64,000 nucleotides of DNA from NCBI GenBank assembly GCA_030753015.1, contig JASMDC010000001.1, forward strand, positions 128,001 to 192,000, given 5' to 3'. Made by a program: the position numbers and the translations under genes. This DNA is from Candidatus Undinarchaeales archaeon (GTDB lineage: Archaea > SpSt-1190 > JASMDC01). Below are positions 28,547-37,704 of this stretch, piece after piece; position 1 is the stretch's first letter, and each line of letters starts with the position of its first letter. The notes under the pieces were generated by a model, which did not search any database, had not been told where the DNA came from, and was given only the letters and a program-made list of their open reading frames with translations.

Positions 28547-29893
28547 ATGAAGATTGCCTTGGTCGCCCCGCCGGTCGACTTCCGATTCCACATCCTCCCA
28601 CCCCTTGGCCTCCTGTCCATCTCATCGTATATCAGATGGGATCACGATGTCGAGGTGATCGACTGCATAAAACTCGGGATTGGCCCAGAAGACGCCGTAG
28701 GGCTGCTGGCGGACGCGGACATAATCGGCGTGAGCAGCAACTGGTCCTGCAATGTCCTCAACACGGCCACGCTCGTGAGTCTGGTCAAGGAGCGGTACCC
28801 CGACAAGACCGTGGTCTGTGGCGGGATGCACGCCACCTTCGCACCTCAAGCACTGTTGGACGCCGGTTGCGATGCCGTTGCATTGGGGGAGGCGGAAGAG
28901 ACCTTCAGGGAGCTAGTGGGCGCTGTCGGAGCAGGCCGTTCGCTGTCCAGCGTTCCGGGGCTCGCTCTACGCGGCAGGGACGGATGCGTAATAACGGGAA
29001 AAAGGCAGCGGATCCGCGACCTGGACGAGATGCCGATGCCCTCCTGGGACCTCGTCGGCACCACGTACCCGAGCCCCGTGGGTCGCATGAGCATATTGGA
29101 GACCAGCCGCGGATGCATCCACAGGTGCACGTTCTGCTCTTCGAGCTCGTTCTGGGACTTCACCTGGCGTGGGAAGTCCCCGGAGCGCGTGGTGGACGAG
29201 TTCGCATATCTGTCGGCCGCGGGCACCGACTTCATATTCACCGCCGACGACTGCGCCACGTCGGACCCGGAGCGCCTCGCGACCATCTGCCGCAGGCTCA
29301 TAGAGGAGGGGAACGAGGTAGGATGGTGGAGCAGTGCACGGGCGGACGTGCTCGCACGCCGCCCCGAGCTCGCATCCCTCATGGCCCGCGCAGGGTGCAG
29401 GATCGCAGGGGTCGGCCACGAGTCCGCGAGCCAGTCGATCCTCGACCAGTGCCGCAAGGGCATCACCGAGGAGATGAACGACAAGGCCATCAAGGTGCTG
29501 AGGGACAACGGGATCATGAGCGGCGGGACCGTGATCATAGGATTCCCCGGGGAGTCGGAGGAGAGCATGCGCAGCTCCGTTGAGCTGGCCATGGAGCTGG
29601 ACTTCCCTGGCATCTGCATCCTCCGTCCGTACCCCGGTACCGAGTACGAGAACCCGGCCATGAGCCCCGAGGACTACGCCAAGCTGAACCTTGGGTGCTC
29701 GCTCCTCCACGAGGAACCGGAGCTCGTGGAGCTGATCCAGAAGGCAGGAGCGCTCCAGATATACCTCCGACCCCGGACGCTGAAGCAGCTCGCCAGCCGG
29801 GATCCGTTCGTCCGTGGGTGGGCGGCCATGACCTACCGGGAGCTGACTTCCATGTTACTGGCGCGAGTGAGGCTCGGTCTCAGGTCGCTGTAG
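28547..29893 (+). CDS. Cobalamin-binding radical SAM protein
   Basis: PPLGLL, GGMHATF, GEAE, ETSRGCIHRCTFC, GHES, IIGFPGE. Confidence 0.92.
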   Translation: MKIALVAPPVDFRFHILPPLGLLSISSYIRWDHDVEVIDCIKLGIGPEDAVGLLADADIIGVSSNWSCNVLNTATLVSLVKERYPDKTVVCGGMHATFAPQALLDAGCDAVALGEAEETFRELVGAVGAGRSLSSVPGLALRGRDGCVITGKRQRIRDLDEMPMPSWDLVGTTYPSPVGRMSILETSRGCIHRCTFCSSSSFWDFTWRGKSPERVVDEFAYLSAAGTDFIFTADDCATSDPERLATICRRLIEEGNEVGWWSSARADVLARRPELASLMARAGCRIAGVGHESASQSILDQCRKGITEEMNDKAIKVLRDNGIMSGGTVIIGFPGESEESMRSSVELAMELDFPGICILRPYPGTEYENPAMSPEDYAKLNLGCSLLHEEPELVELIQKAGALQIYLRPRTLKQLASRDPFVRGWAAMTYRELTSMLLARVRLGLRSL

Positions 29894-29902
29894 CGGTGTC
29901 CG

Positions 29903-30146
29903 GGGCACGGACAGCGCGCGCTCAGTAGCAGTTGTGAAGGATCAGGGGAGTGATGAGCTATGCATGGTGGTCACCACCGGAGGAGCCGTGGTAGGATCCC
30001 TCTCCCAGCAGGCCGCAGGAGTCGGCCTCGATGAGTATCAAGGCGAGGAACGCGTCGCACATCTCCATGTCCCACGGCATCTCGACTATTGACGCAGGTG
30101 ATGCCCGTGCAGCTAATTAGGGATTGGGGGGTCGGTCGGAATCCCG
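29903..30146. repeat. ~240-bp dispersed repeat, copy 1 (copy 2 at 36504-36742)
   Basis: Shared blocks gcgcgcgctcagtagcagttgtgaa, gatcaggggagtgatgagc, catctcgactattgacgc, cccgtgcagctaatta, tcggtcggaatcccg. Confidence 0.9.
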
Positions 30147-30152
30147 CCGACC

Positions 30153-31454
30153 TCACATCAGCCGCAGCTCGCGCGCTTGCTCCTCCAGACCCTCCCTGAA
30201 CCTCGGATGGGCGATGCCGATCAGCGCCCTGGTCCGCTCACGGAGCGACTTCCCCCTCAGCTTCACCGTGCCGTACTCCGTGACGATGTGGTCGATGTCC
30301 TGCCGCGGGATGGTGTAGGCGCTCCCGACCTTGTGGGTGGGGACGATGGTCGAGATGGTGTCGTTCTTCACCGTGGAGCGGAGGGCGATGATGCCCTTCC
30401 CCTCCTTGGACATGACCGCGCCCCGGTGGGTGTCGAGCTGCCCGCCGGTACCGCTGTAGTGCTGGGTCCCCAGCGACTCGGAGCACACGTTGCCCGCCAG
30501 GTCGATGGCGAGCGCGGTGTTGAGGCTGACCATGTTGTCGTTCTTCGCGATGACGTACGGGCTGTTGACCCATGATCCCTTGCGGAACTCGATGCCGGGA
30601 TTGTCGTGGATGAAATCGTACATGCTCTTCGTGCCCAGGGCGAATGTACACACGGTATTGCCGCGGTGGAAGTTCTTCCTCCGGTTCGTGATGACGCCAT
30701 GGCTGAAGAGGTCCATCATGCCCTCGGTGAGCATCTCCGTGTGGATCCCAAGGTCCTTCTTCTCCATCAGGAACCCCGTCATGGCGTTGGGGATGCCGCC
30801 GATGCCGATCTGCAGCGTGGCGCCGTCCGGGATCAGCTCTGACACGTGCTCGGCGATCGTCTCGTCGATGGGTGTCCCCTTGGTGGGGAACAGCTGCGGG
30901 AGGTCGTAGGTGTACTCGTACACCTGGTCGACGTCCGAGATGTGGACGACCGTGTCGCCGAAGGTCCGCGGTGCGTTCTCGTTCACCTCCAGCACGACCA
31001 TGTCGGCATGGTCGAAGATGTCCCGCTCATAGGTCGCGGAGATGGAGAGGGACAGGAAACCGTTCTTGTCCATGGGGGACGCGACCCCCCAGAATATGTC
31101 CACGGGCCCCTCGCTGATAAGGTTCGTCCCCGCCATGTGGAGGTTGTTGGGCACGAAGCTTACCGTGTTCCTTCCCTCCGCAACGATTTCGCGCTGCGCG
31201 ACATTGAAGAACCACGAGTTGTTGACGAACGACTTTGCCATCTCCTTGTCGGTGTACCAGGCGTACCGCGCCATGTTCAGACAGGTGTACACGTCGACAT
31301 TCTTGACCTGGTCCTTGATCGTATGCAGGTTCTCCATCAGCCCACGCGACTCCATGGCGCCCAGGCCCGTGACCACCTTAATGTTAGAGCGTATGTTCCG
31401 GAGGGCGGTCTCCACGGAAGTGTTCTTCCTCTCGTACTCCTTTGTGAAACCCAT
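30153..31454 (-). CDS. Acetyl-CoA hydrolase/CoA-transferase (4-hydroxybutyrate CoA-transferase-like)
   Basis: GATLQIGIGGIP, DLGIHTEM, SGTGGQLD, IVTEYG, IAHPRFR. Confidence 0.92.
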   Translation of the reverse strand: MGFTKEYERKNTSVETALRNIRSNIKVVTGLGAMESRGLMENLHTIKDQVKNVDVYTCLNMARYAWYTDKEMAKSFVNNSWFFNVAQREIVAEGRNTVSFVPNNLHMAGTNLISEGPVDIFWGVASPMDKNGFLSLSISATYERDIFDHADMVVLEVNENAPRTFGDTVVHISDVDQVYEYTYDLPQLFPTKGTPIDETIAEHVSELIPDGATLQIGIGGIPNAMTGFLMEKKDLGIHTEMLTEGMMDLFSHGVITNRRKNFHRGNTVCTFALGTKSMYDFIHDNPGIEFRKGSWVNSPYVIAKNDNMVSLNTALAIDLAGNVCSESLGTQHYSGTGGQLDTHRGAVMSKEGKGIIALRSTVKNDTISTIVPTHKVGSAYTIPRQDIDHIVTEYGTVKLRGKSLRERTRALIGIAHPRFREGLEEQARELRLM

Positions 31455-31458
31455 CGCC

Positions 31459-32502
31459 TCATCCCTTCTCGGGAGCCCTCCCCCACTTGATTGCCGAAGC
31501 GGCCCACACGTAGCCGATGCCGGCACCCGTCGTCACCACGAGGGAACCGTCGGTGATGAGGCCCTGCTTCAGCCCCTCCTCTATGGAGATGATCTGGTCG
31601 TTCTGGCCGGTGTGGCCGTAGTCGGAGAGATACACGCTCTCCTTCTCCGTGAGGTTGAGGCTGTCGAGGATGAACTCGTGGGCGCTTCGCTTCATGTGAA
31701 TGATCGCAAGGTAGTCGATGTCTCCGGGATCGTACCCGGACCAAGTCACTGCGTCCCTGATGACGCCGACGAAGTTGTCGAGGGAGAGCTTCTCCAGTCG
31801 GTGCTTCATGTCCGACGGATCGACCACCTTGAGATTGAAGCGCCCGTTCCGCAGGTCGTCCTCGGTGAGAGGACCCTTGCACCCGCCCACGGGGACGATG
31901 ACGTCCTCGGAGAAGGAGCCGTCCGTCCGCAGGGCTGTCTCGAGCACGGTGTTGCGGTCGTGTCCCTTCACGAGGAGCGCGGCGGAGCCGGCAGCGCCAA
32001 GGTTATACATGAACCTCACCGAAGGATCCTTCATGTTGATGAAGTCACCGTTCCGGTACCCGCTCACCATAAGGACCGTATCCAGACGTTCGTCGGTGAG
32101 CATCATGGACTTCGCCACCTTGAGCCCGCCCATGAAGCTGCCGCACATGACGGACATGTCGAACGACCACGCCCTGTCCGCCCCGATGTTGTGGGCCACC
32201 TTTGGTCCTGCGAGCCACACTGGGTAGTCCTTGTGCTCGCCACCGAAGTAGATCACGGCGTCGATGTCCCTGGCGTCCAGGCCCGCACTGTCCAGCGTGG
32301 TCTCGGCCGCCCTTGTCGCCATGTAGCTAACCGTCTCCTCCGGCGATGGCAGCGGTTTTTGCCGAAACCCGAGCTTCCTCACCACGATGTCCTCAGGGAT
32401 GCCGGTGATATCCGCGACGCTCCCGGCGGTCATGACGTTCTTCGGGACGTACGTTCCCAGCGCCGCGATACCTACCTGTTCTCTCTTCTTCACCTTCGTC
32501 AC
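31459..32502 (-). CDS. 3-oxoacyl synthase III (FabH)-like condensing enzyme
   Basis: GTYVP, FDMSVMCGS (catalytic Cys), LAIIH, DYGHTG, GAGIGYVW. Confidence 0.85.
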   Translation of the reverse strand: MTKVKKREQVGIAALGTYVPKNVMTAGSVADITGIPEDIVVRKLGFRQKPLPSPEETVSYMATRAAETTLDSAGLDARDIDAVIYFGGEHKDYPVWLAGPKVAHNIGADRAWSFDMSVMCGSFMGGLKVAKSMMLTDERLDTVLMVSGYRNGDFINMKDPSVRFMYNLGAAGSAALLVKGHDRNTVLETALRTDGSFSEDVIVPVGGCKGPLTEDDLRNGRFNLKVVDPSDMKHRLEKLSLDNFVGVIRDAVTWSGYDPGDIDYLAIIHMKRSAHEFILDSLNLTEKESVYLSDYGHTGQNDQIISIEEGLKQGLITDGSLVVTTGAGIGYVWAASAIKWGRAPEKG

Positions 32503-33686
32503 TCCTCACGCTCAAGGTACGCGGAGATGCCCTGTCCGCCGCCGATACACATTGTGGCGAGGCCCCGGAATAACTTCCGTCTCGCAATCTCGTGGAGGAG
32601 CGTCACGAGGATCCGCGAGCCGCTCTCCCCGATGGGGTGTCCCAGCGCGATCGCGCCGCCGTTGACGTTGACGCGTGCGGGATCGAGTCCGAGCTCCCTG
32701 AGCACCAGCACTGACTGGACGGCGAACGCTTCGTTCGATTCCGCGAGGTCGAAGTCGTCGATGGAGAGCCCATACCGCTCCATCAGGGCACGCGTCGACT
32801 CGATGGGCCCGTAGCCCATGATTGCAGGATCGCATCCCCGTGTGGTGAAGCCCTTGATTGTCGCCATCACAGGGAGGTCGAGCTCCTCCGCCTTGGCCCG
32901 GCTCGCGATCACCAGCGCGCTCGCCCCGTCGTTGATACCGGACGCGTTGCCCGCGGTGACCGTGCCGTCCTTCTTGAACACAGGTCTCAGGCGCGCGAGC
33001 GTCTCCATCGTGGTGTCCGGTCGGGGGAATTCGTCACTCGCGAACTCGAAGGGCTTGCGTCCCGGGACGGTGAAGTTCGCGATCTCGTTGTCGAACCGGC
33101 CCCCCTCCTGAGCCTTCCTGGTCTTCGCCTGGCTCTCGAAAGCGAAGCCGTCCTGCTCTTCGCGTGTGATGCCGTACCTCTCCGCGAGGTTCTCGGCGGT
33201 GATGCCCATGTGGTAGTCGTTGAAGGCGTCCCAGAGGCCGTCCTGGACCATTGAGTCCGCCATCTCCGCGTGGCCCATGCGCGCGCCCCATCGCGCGCTC
33301 TTCAGGATGTAGGGAGCCAGCGACATGTTCTCCATACCGCCTACCACGACGATGTTGGCATCCCCGCAGCGGATCGCCTGGAATCCGAGCTGGACGGCCT
33401 TCATACCGGAGCCGCACACCATGTTCACGGTGAAAGCGCTCTTGTCGTGTGGGATGCCCGATCCGATGGCCGCTTGGCGAGCGGGATTCTGGCCCGAACC
33501 CGCGGTGAGCACGTTCCCCATGATGACCTCGTCCATTACGGCGGGATCGATCCCGGCGCTCGCGAGGGAGGCTCTGATGCAGTGGGCACCGAGGTCGACG
33601 GCGGACACAGTCTTCAGGCTCTTGCCGAAAGAGCCAATAGCGGTCCTCTTTGCCGCCACGATCACGATGTCGTCAGAGATTTTCAT
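32499..33686 (-). CDS. Acetyl-CoA C-acetyltransferase (thiolase II, bacterial type)
   Basis: GQNPARQA, NMVCGSG, GGMENMS, VTAGNASGINDGA, NEAFA, GAIALGHPIG, MCIGGGQG. Confidence 0.96.
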   Translation of the reverse strand: MKISDDIVIVAAKRTAIGSFGKSLKTVSAVDLGAHCIRASLASAGIDPAVMDEVIMGNVLTAGSGQNPARQAAIGSGIPHDKSAFTVNMVCGSGMKAVQLGFQAIRCGDANIVVVGGMENMSLAPYILKSARWGARMGHAEMADSMVQDGLWDAFNDYHMGITAENLAERYGITREEQDGFAFESQAKTRKAQEGGRFDNEIANFTVPGRKPFEFASDEFPRPDTTMETLARLRPVFKKDGTVTAGNASGINDGASALVIASRAKAEELDLPVMATIKGFTTRGCDPAIMGYGPIESTRALMERYGLSIDDFDLAESNEAFAVQSVLVLRELGLDPARVNVNGGAIALGHPIGESGSRILVTLLHEIARRKLFRGLATMCIGGGQGISAYLEREE

Positions 33687-33706
33687 TCAGTCTACCTCCT
33701 GAGAGC

Positions 33707-34447
33707 CTAGACTACGAGGCCCCCATCGACCCCGATGACCTGGCCGGTCACGTAGCTCGCCTCATCGGAGGCCAGGAACAGGAACATCTTCGCCACATCC
33801 CCGGGGGAGCCCATGCGCCGCAACGGTGTCTTCTCGATCATCCTGTCGATGACCTTCTCGGGAAGGTCCTTCGTCATAGGGGTCTGGATGAAACCAGGAG
33901 CCACGGCGTTGAACCTGAGGCCCTTCTTCCCGAATTCCTTTGCCCACGAATAGGTCATACCGATGACCCCCGCCTTGGTGGCGGCGTAGTTGGTCTGACC
34001 CATGTTGCCGTACCGGCCTACCACCGACGAGGTGATGAGCACGACACCCGAGCCCCTCTCGACCATGCCGGGAGCGACTGACTGGGTCATGTTGAACACA
34101 CCCTTCAGGTTGACGTTGATGACGCGGTCCCATTGGTCCTCGGTCATCTTCACGAGCAGCGCGTCCGCGGTGATACCGGCGTTGTTTATGAGGACGTCCA
34201 CCCCGCCGAACCTCTTCTCAATGTCTTCAACGCACGCGGATATGTCGTCCCTGTCCGTGACGTCCAGCTTGCAGGGGACGATCCCATGGAGGGAATCCGC
34301 CGCCTCCTTCTCGAGCGACTCCAATCTCTCCTTGTTGACGTCGCATGCGATTACCTTGGCCCCCTCCTTAGCGAACAGAAGGGCAGTTTCCTTGCCGATC
34401 CCGGATGCCGCACCCGTTATGATGGTGACCTTGTCTTTGAGTCTCAT
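33707..34447 (-). CDS. fabG: 3-oxoacyl/acetoacetyl-CoA reductase (FabG/PhaB-like SDR)
   Basis: TGAASGIG, NNAGIT, GQTNYAATK, VAPGFI. Confidence 0.85.
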   Translation of the reverse strand: MRLKDKVTIITGAASGIGKETALLFAKEGAKVIACDVNKERLESLEKEAADSLHGIVPCKLDVTDRDDISACVEDIEKRFGGVDVLINNAGITADALLVKMTEDQWDRVINVNLKGVFNMTQSVAPGMVERGSGVVLITSSVVGRYGNMGQTNYAATKAGVIGMTYSWAKEFGKKGLRFNAVAPGFIQTPMTKDLPEKVIDRMIEKTPLRRMGSPGDVAKMFLFLASDEASYVTGQVIGVDGGLVV

Positions 34448-34592
34448 CTTCTTGACCTCCAATCAGGACTGCACTTCATCGAAAGAAAGGAGGGTAGTAG
34501 CCTCCTTTTTACCCCGGAGAGAATGGGACTTCTATTAAAACTTCCGAAAAATGTAAACGTATACATAATATTCAGTAGTTTCGAGACCACCT

Positions 34593-35448
34593 GGTGCTGA
34601 CCAGTTAGTATACTGAAGTTTCATATCTTATGCGGTCTATTCACGTATCGTGTTTATCCATGGGCGAGCGTGGTCCGAGATCTAGTTTTACTGATATATC
34701 TTGTCCGAACGAGTCTTGCCGTGACTTCGGCCGTCCCGATCTTGGGAACATTGTCGGGAACGGTACCTACCGGACCAAGAGCGGCGTTGTGCGGAAGTAT
34801 ATCTGCCGTACATGCGAGCGGTCGTTCTGCGATCGGACACGGACGGCGTTCTTCGACCTGCGAACGAAGGACGAGAAGGTACTCATCGCGCTGAAGCTGG
34901 TGTTGAAGGGGATGGGTCTTCGCGGTATCGCCGAGGTCTTGGGTGTGAAGCTCGACTCGGTCCGGTTCTGGATCCGCAGAGCTGCGGAGCATGCGGACGA
35001 GGTGAACGACGTGCTCGTGAAGGACCTCAAGGTGTCCCGTGTCGAGCTGTGGACCTTCGTCAAAAAAAACGATTCCAGGAGTGGAAATTGAAGAGGATAG
35101 CGAGGGATGCTGGGTCTGGGTGAGCTTCGCTCCGGAGCACCGCCTCCTCCTCGCCCACATCGAGGGTCCGAGGAACCATGAGTCGGCGGACCTGCTCATC
35201 GACAGGACACACCGGGTGCTGTTCGGCGATGACGATAATGTCTGCCTCCCCCTGTTTGTGAGTGATGGTCTTTCGCTGTATACCACTGCTCAGTTCAAGC
35301 GATATCACTGGCTCCATCACTTCCCGCCGACGGGGCGGAGGGGACGACCGCGGAAGCCGGCCATGCCGCCGCGGCCCGGTCTCCGCTACGCACAGGCACC
35401 GGGGCCGGGTCGCTGGTGTTTCCATCAGTTAATTAGAGGGTCAGCACC
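34593..35448 (+). mobile_element. IS1-family-like insertion sequence, internally deleted
   Basis: Terminal IRs GGTGCTGACC (34593) and GGTCAGCACC (35439-35448); CPN..C/C..C Zn-finger plus HTH ORF; A8 slippery site near 35062; truncated DDE frame. Confidence 0.85.
34660..35430 (+). pseudogene. IS1-type transposase (orfA/orfB, -1 frameshift), decayed
   Basis: VELWTFVKK lacks the DEL of the usual VELDELWTFVKK; orfB WVWVSF...FVSDG..Y stops short at LRYAQ. Confidence 0.75.
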
Positions 35449-35568
35449 GAGGAGCTCGGCACCCAGCGAAAAGAGACCCATGTCGATGTTGCACTGCTGC
35501 GCCGAGTCGGCCGACGCGACGGGAACTGCGAGGAGGGCCATGAGCCCGATGAGCATGTATCCTTTCAT
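35449..35568 (-). pseudogene. 5' fragment of a secreted-protein gene cut by the IS
   Basis: Own translation MKGYMLIGLMALLAVPVASADSAQQCNIDMGLFSLGAELL runs directly into the IS end. Confidence 0.55.
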
Positions 35569-35670
35569 TTATGAACACTCCATGATTCGGTTCCCGATAT
35601 ACCCCGGGGAACATTTAAAAATAAATCCCGATGGTGGAATCCTCACGGACGGGACCCGTCGGAGGCCTGT

Positions 35671-36489
35671 ATGGTGTACGTGGAGTTAGACAGCTTGGGT
35701 GCCACGCTCGCAGGTGATGTGTTCGAGCCTGAGGACTATAACGGGGCCGCTGTCGTCCTGTGCCACGGGTTCGGCACTGACAGGACCGAGCTGTACGACC
35801 TCGCCGAGGCGCTCCAGGACGAGGGCTTCGTGGTGCTCGCGTACGACGGGAGGGCCCATGGCCAGTCGGGTGGTTCCTTCCACCTGGACACCATGGTCGA
35901 CGACGTACACGCCGCTCGCCGCTTTCTCGAGGACCATTACGACGTGGACAAGTGCGGTGTTTTCGGTCACAGCTTCGGCGGTTACCTTGCCGTCAGGGCC
36001 GCTGCCGAGACGGAAGGTTTCGACGCAACGGTCTCTTGGGCCACTCCCATATCCATCCGGGAGACCCTCAGGGACCTCCAGTGGAACTTCGAGTACATGA
36101 ACTGGTTCGTCGAGGAGTTCGCCGGGAGCCTCCATTATGCCTCCTCCTACCGCAAGATGAGGATCGACGACATGGGTGCGTTCCTTGGCGAGCTCTACGA
36201 CCGCGACCAGACGAAGATCACAGAGACCGTCTCCCGCCCGGACACGCCCCCGAGCACCTTCATCTACGGGGAACTGGACAAGGTCGTGAAGTACCGCCAT
36301 GCAGAGGAGATCGGAGGGGTACTCGGGGGCAAGGGCGAGCTCGTGACGGTGGCGGGCGCCGGCCACTCATGCCTCCGAAGTCACACGGAGCCCCCTTTCT
36401 ACCTGCCCGAGCCCTACTGTCCTGTGGCGCGGCGGCAGGTTTTCGACTGGGTGGTGTATGGTTTAAAGAATTATTTGACGGGCGGGTGA
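35671..36489 (+). CDS. Alpha/beta hydrolase
   Basis: LCHGF, YDGRAHGQS, GHSFGG, YGELDKVV, GAGH. Confidence 0.9.
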   Translation: MVYVELDSLGATLAGDVFEPEDYNGAAVVLCHGFGTDRTELYDLAEALQDEGFVVLAYDGRAHGQSGGSFHLDTMVDDVHAARRFLEDHYDVDKCGVFGHSFGGYLAVRAAAETEGFDATVSWATPISIRETLRDLQWNFEYMNWFVEEFAGSLHYASSYRKMRIDDMGAFLGELYDRDQTKITETVSRPDTPPSTFIYGELDKVVKYRHAEEIGGVLGGKGELVTVAGAGHSCLRSHTEPPFYLPEPYCPVARRQVFDWVVYGLKNYLTGG

Positions 36490-36503
36490 GGGCCCGGCTC
36501 CAA

Positions 36504-36742
36504 GGGCACGGATAGCGCGCGCTCAGTAGCAGTTGTGAATGATCAGGGGAGTGATGAGCGATGCATAGTGGTCGCCGCCGGAAGGGCTGTGACCGGACCC
36601 ATCACCCAGCAGGTCGTAGGAGTCGGATGCGTATGAGTGCCAGGAACGCATCACACATCTCGATGTTCCACGACATCTCGACTATTGACGCGGGTGGTAC
36701 CCGTGCAGCTAATTATGGATTGGGGGATCGGTCGGAATCCCG
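36504..36742. repeat. ~240-bp dispersed repeat, copy 2
   Basis: Direct, diverged repeat of 29903-30146; about 70 bp from the tRNA-Thr 3' end. Confidence 0.9.
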
Positions 36743-36809
36743 GATAACTTACTGGACCTGTGCACGATTATGTCGTCGAACTCCTTGGGAACTGCAACTG
36801 GTAAATGTA

Positions 36810-36883
36810 AGCCCCGGACGAGATTCGAACTCGCGACCTGCTGATTACAAGTCAGCCGCTCTGACCAGCTGAGCTACCGAGGC
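36810..36883 (-). tRNA. tRNA-Thr(TGT), no encoded CCA
   Basis: GCCTCGGTAGCTCAGCTGGTCAGAGCGGCTGACT-TGT-AATCAGCAGGTCGCGAGTTCGAATCTCGTCCGGGGCT folds as a cloverleaf. Confidence 0.97.
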
Positions 36884-36946
36884 AGGGCACTTGGATGCGG
36901 TCATCCATAAAAAGCTACCGATGAGCGAGCGCGTAGATGGAGGATG

Positions 36947-37399
36947 TCACTTGAACAGCTTGCGCTCCATCTCGCGACACACGAGCGTCATGAGCTCGCG
37001 GAATGCATCCACGTTCCCGTGCCCGCTGGCCACTGTCTGGTAATCCTCCTCCATGTACCAGCGAAGGTCGCGGACCGTCGTGTCCACCCGCTCCCAGTCG
37101 AGCTCGGCAAGAAGATCGGCGAAGAACGCCTCGTCGGTCTTGAGCATGGAGAGCACCCACTCTGCGTGCTGCTCGGCAAGCGACTGTGCCTTGAGCGATT
37201 CGGGAAGCTGTCCCCGGCGGGCCAGCTCAACGGACAGCGAGCAGGCATCATCCAGCCCCTTCATCGTGGCGTGGAGCCGGAGGACGGCGGGGACGTTGAT
37301 GTCAGAACGCTCGTGCTCCACGTCACGGAGATGAGCGATGCGCTCGGTTACAGGAGCACACACCCTCATGACAAGGGCGAGGGAAATGCAGTCGACCAT
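36947..37399 (-). CDS. Hypothetical alpha-helical protein
   Basis: ORF with genome-typical codon use directly behind 37408-37704. Confidence 0.6.
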   Translation of the reverse strand: MVDCISLALVMRVCAPVTERIAHLRDVEHERSDINVPAVLRLHATMKGLDDACSLSVELARRGQLPESLKAQSLAEQHAEWVLSMLKTDEAFFADLLAELDWERVDTTVRDLRWYMEEDYQTVASGHGNVDAFRELMTLVCREMERKLFK

Positions 37400-37407
37400 C
37401 GGAACCG

Positions 37408-37704
37408 TCAGGCCTCGAGCTTCTCGTCCACGGCCTGGCACAGCTTCGTCTTGATCATCTCGGGATTGCCGTCGAGTTCCTTGATCGCCTTGATCTGGTC
37501 GGCGAGGGAGTCGTCCTTCACCGCGCCGCGCACCCAGCTCTCGAAGTCGTTGCGGTTGTCCCGAAGATGGAAGAGCACGGCCTCGGTCTGGAGCTCTCTG
37601 AGGAGGTCACGGAACTCCTCGAGACTGCGAGCGATTGCGACGATGCGGTTGTCATGGGTCTTGAAGTAGAACTCCTTCCCCGGCGGCACAGAGTGCTCTG
37701 ACAT
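37408..37704 (-). CDS. DUF5752-like small protein
   Basis: FYFK....ARSLEEF..L......V.FHL...NDFESWV...V.D..LA..I. Confidence 0.7.
   Translation of the reverse strand: MSEHSVPPGKEFYFKTHDNRIVAIARSLEEFRDLLRELQTEAVLFHLRDNRNDFESWVRGAVKDDSLADQIKAIKELDGNPEMIKTKLCQAVDEKLEA

Noticed and set aside
29903-30146. The 240-bp repeat as an attC site, MITE or C/D box sRNA
   Set aside because: No RYYYAAC/GTTRRRY ends and no terminal IRs; GTGATGA is present but without a suitably placed CTGA D box; divergence looks codon-like.
31042-32814. 590-aa plus-strand ORF, and similar long ORFs such as 55485-56717, 44402-45610 and 24688-25734
   Set aside because: Antisense shadows of well-supported genes in GC-rich DNA; no motifs.
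34654-35286. 210-aa minus-strand ORF in the IS
   Set aside because: Antisense to the transposase frames.
36745-36883. Integrase-mediated island at tRNA-Thr
   Set aside because: No duplicated tRNA 3' end and no integrase in the window.
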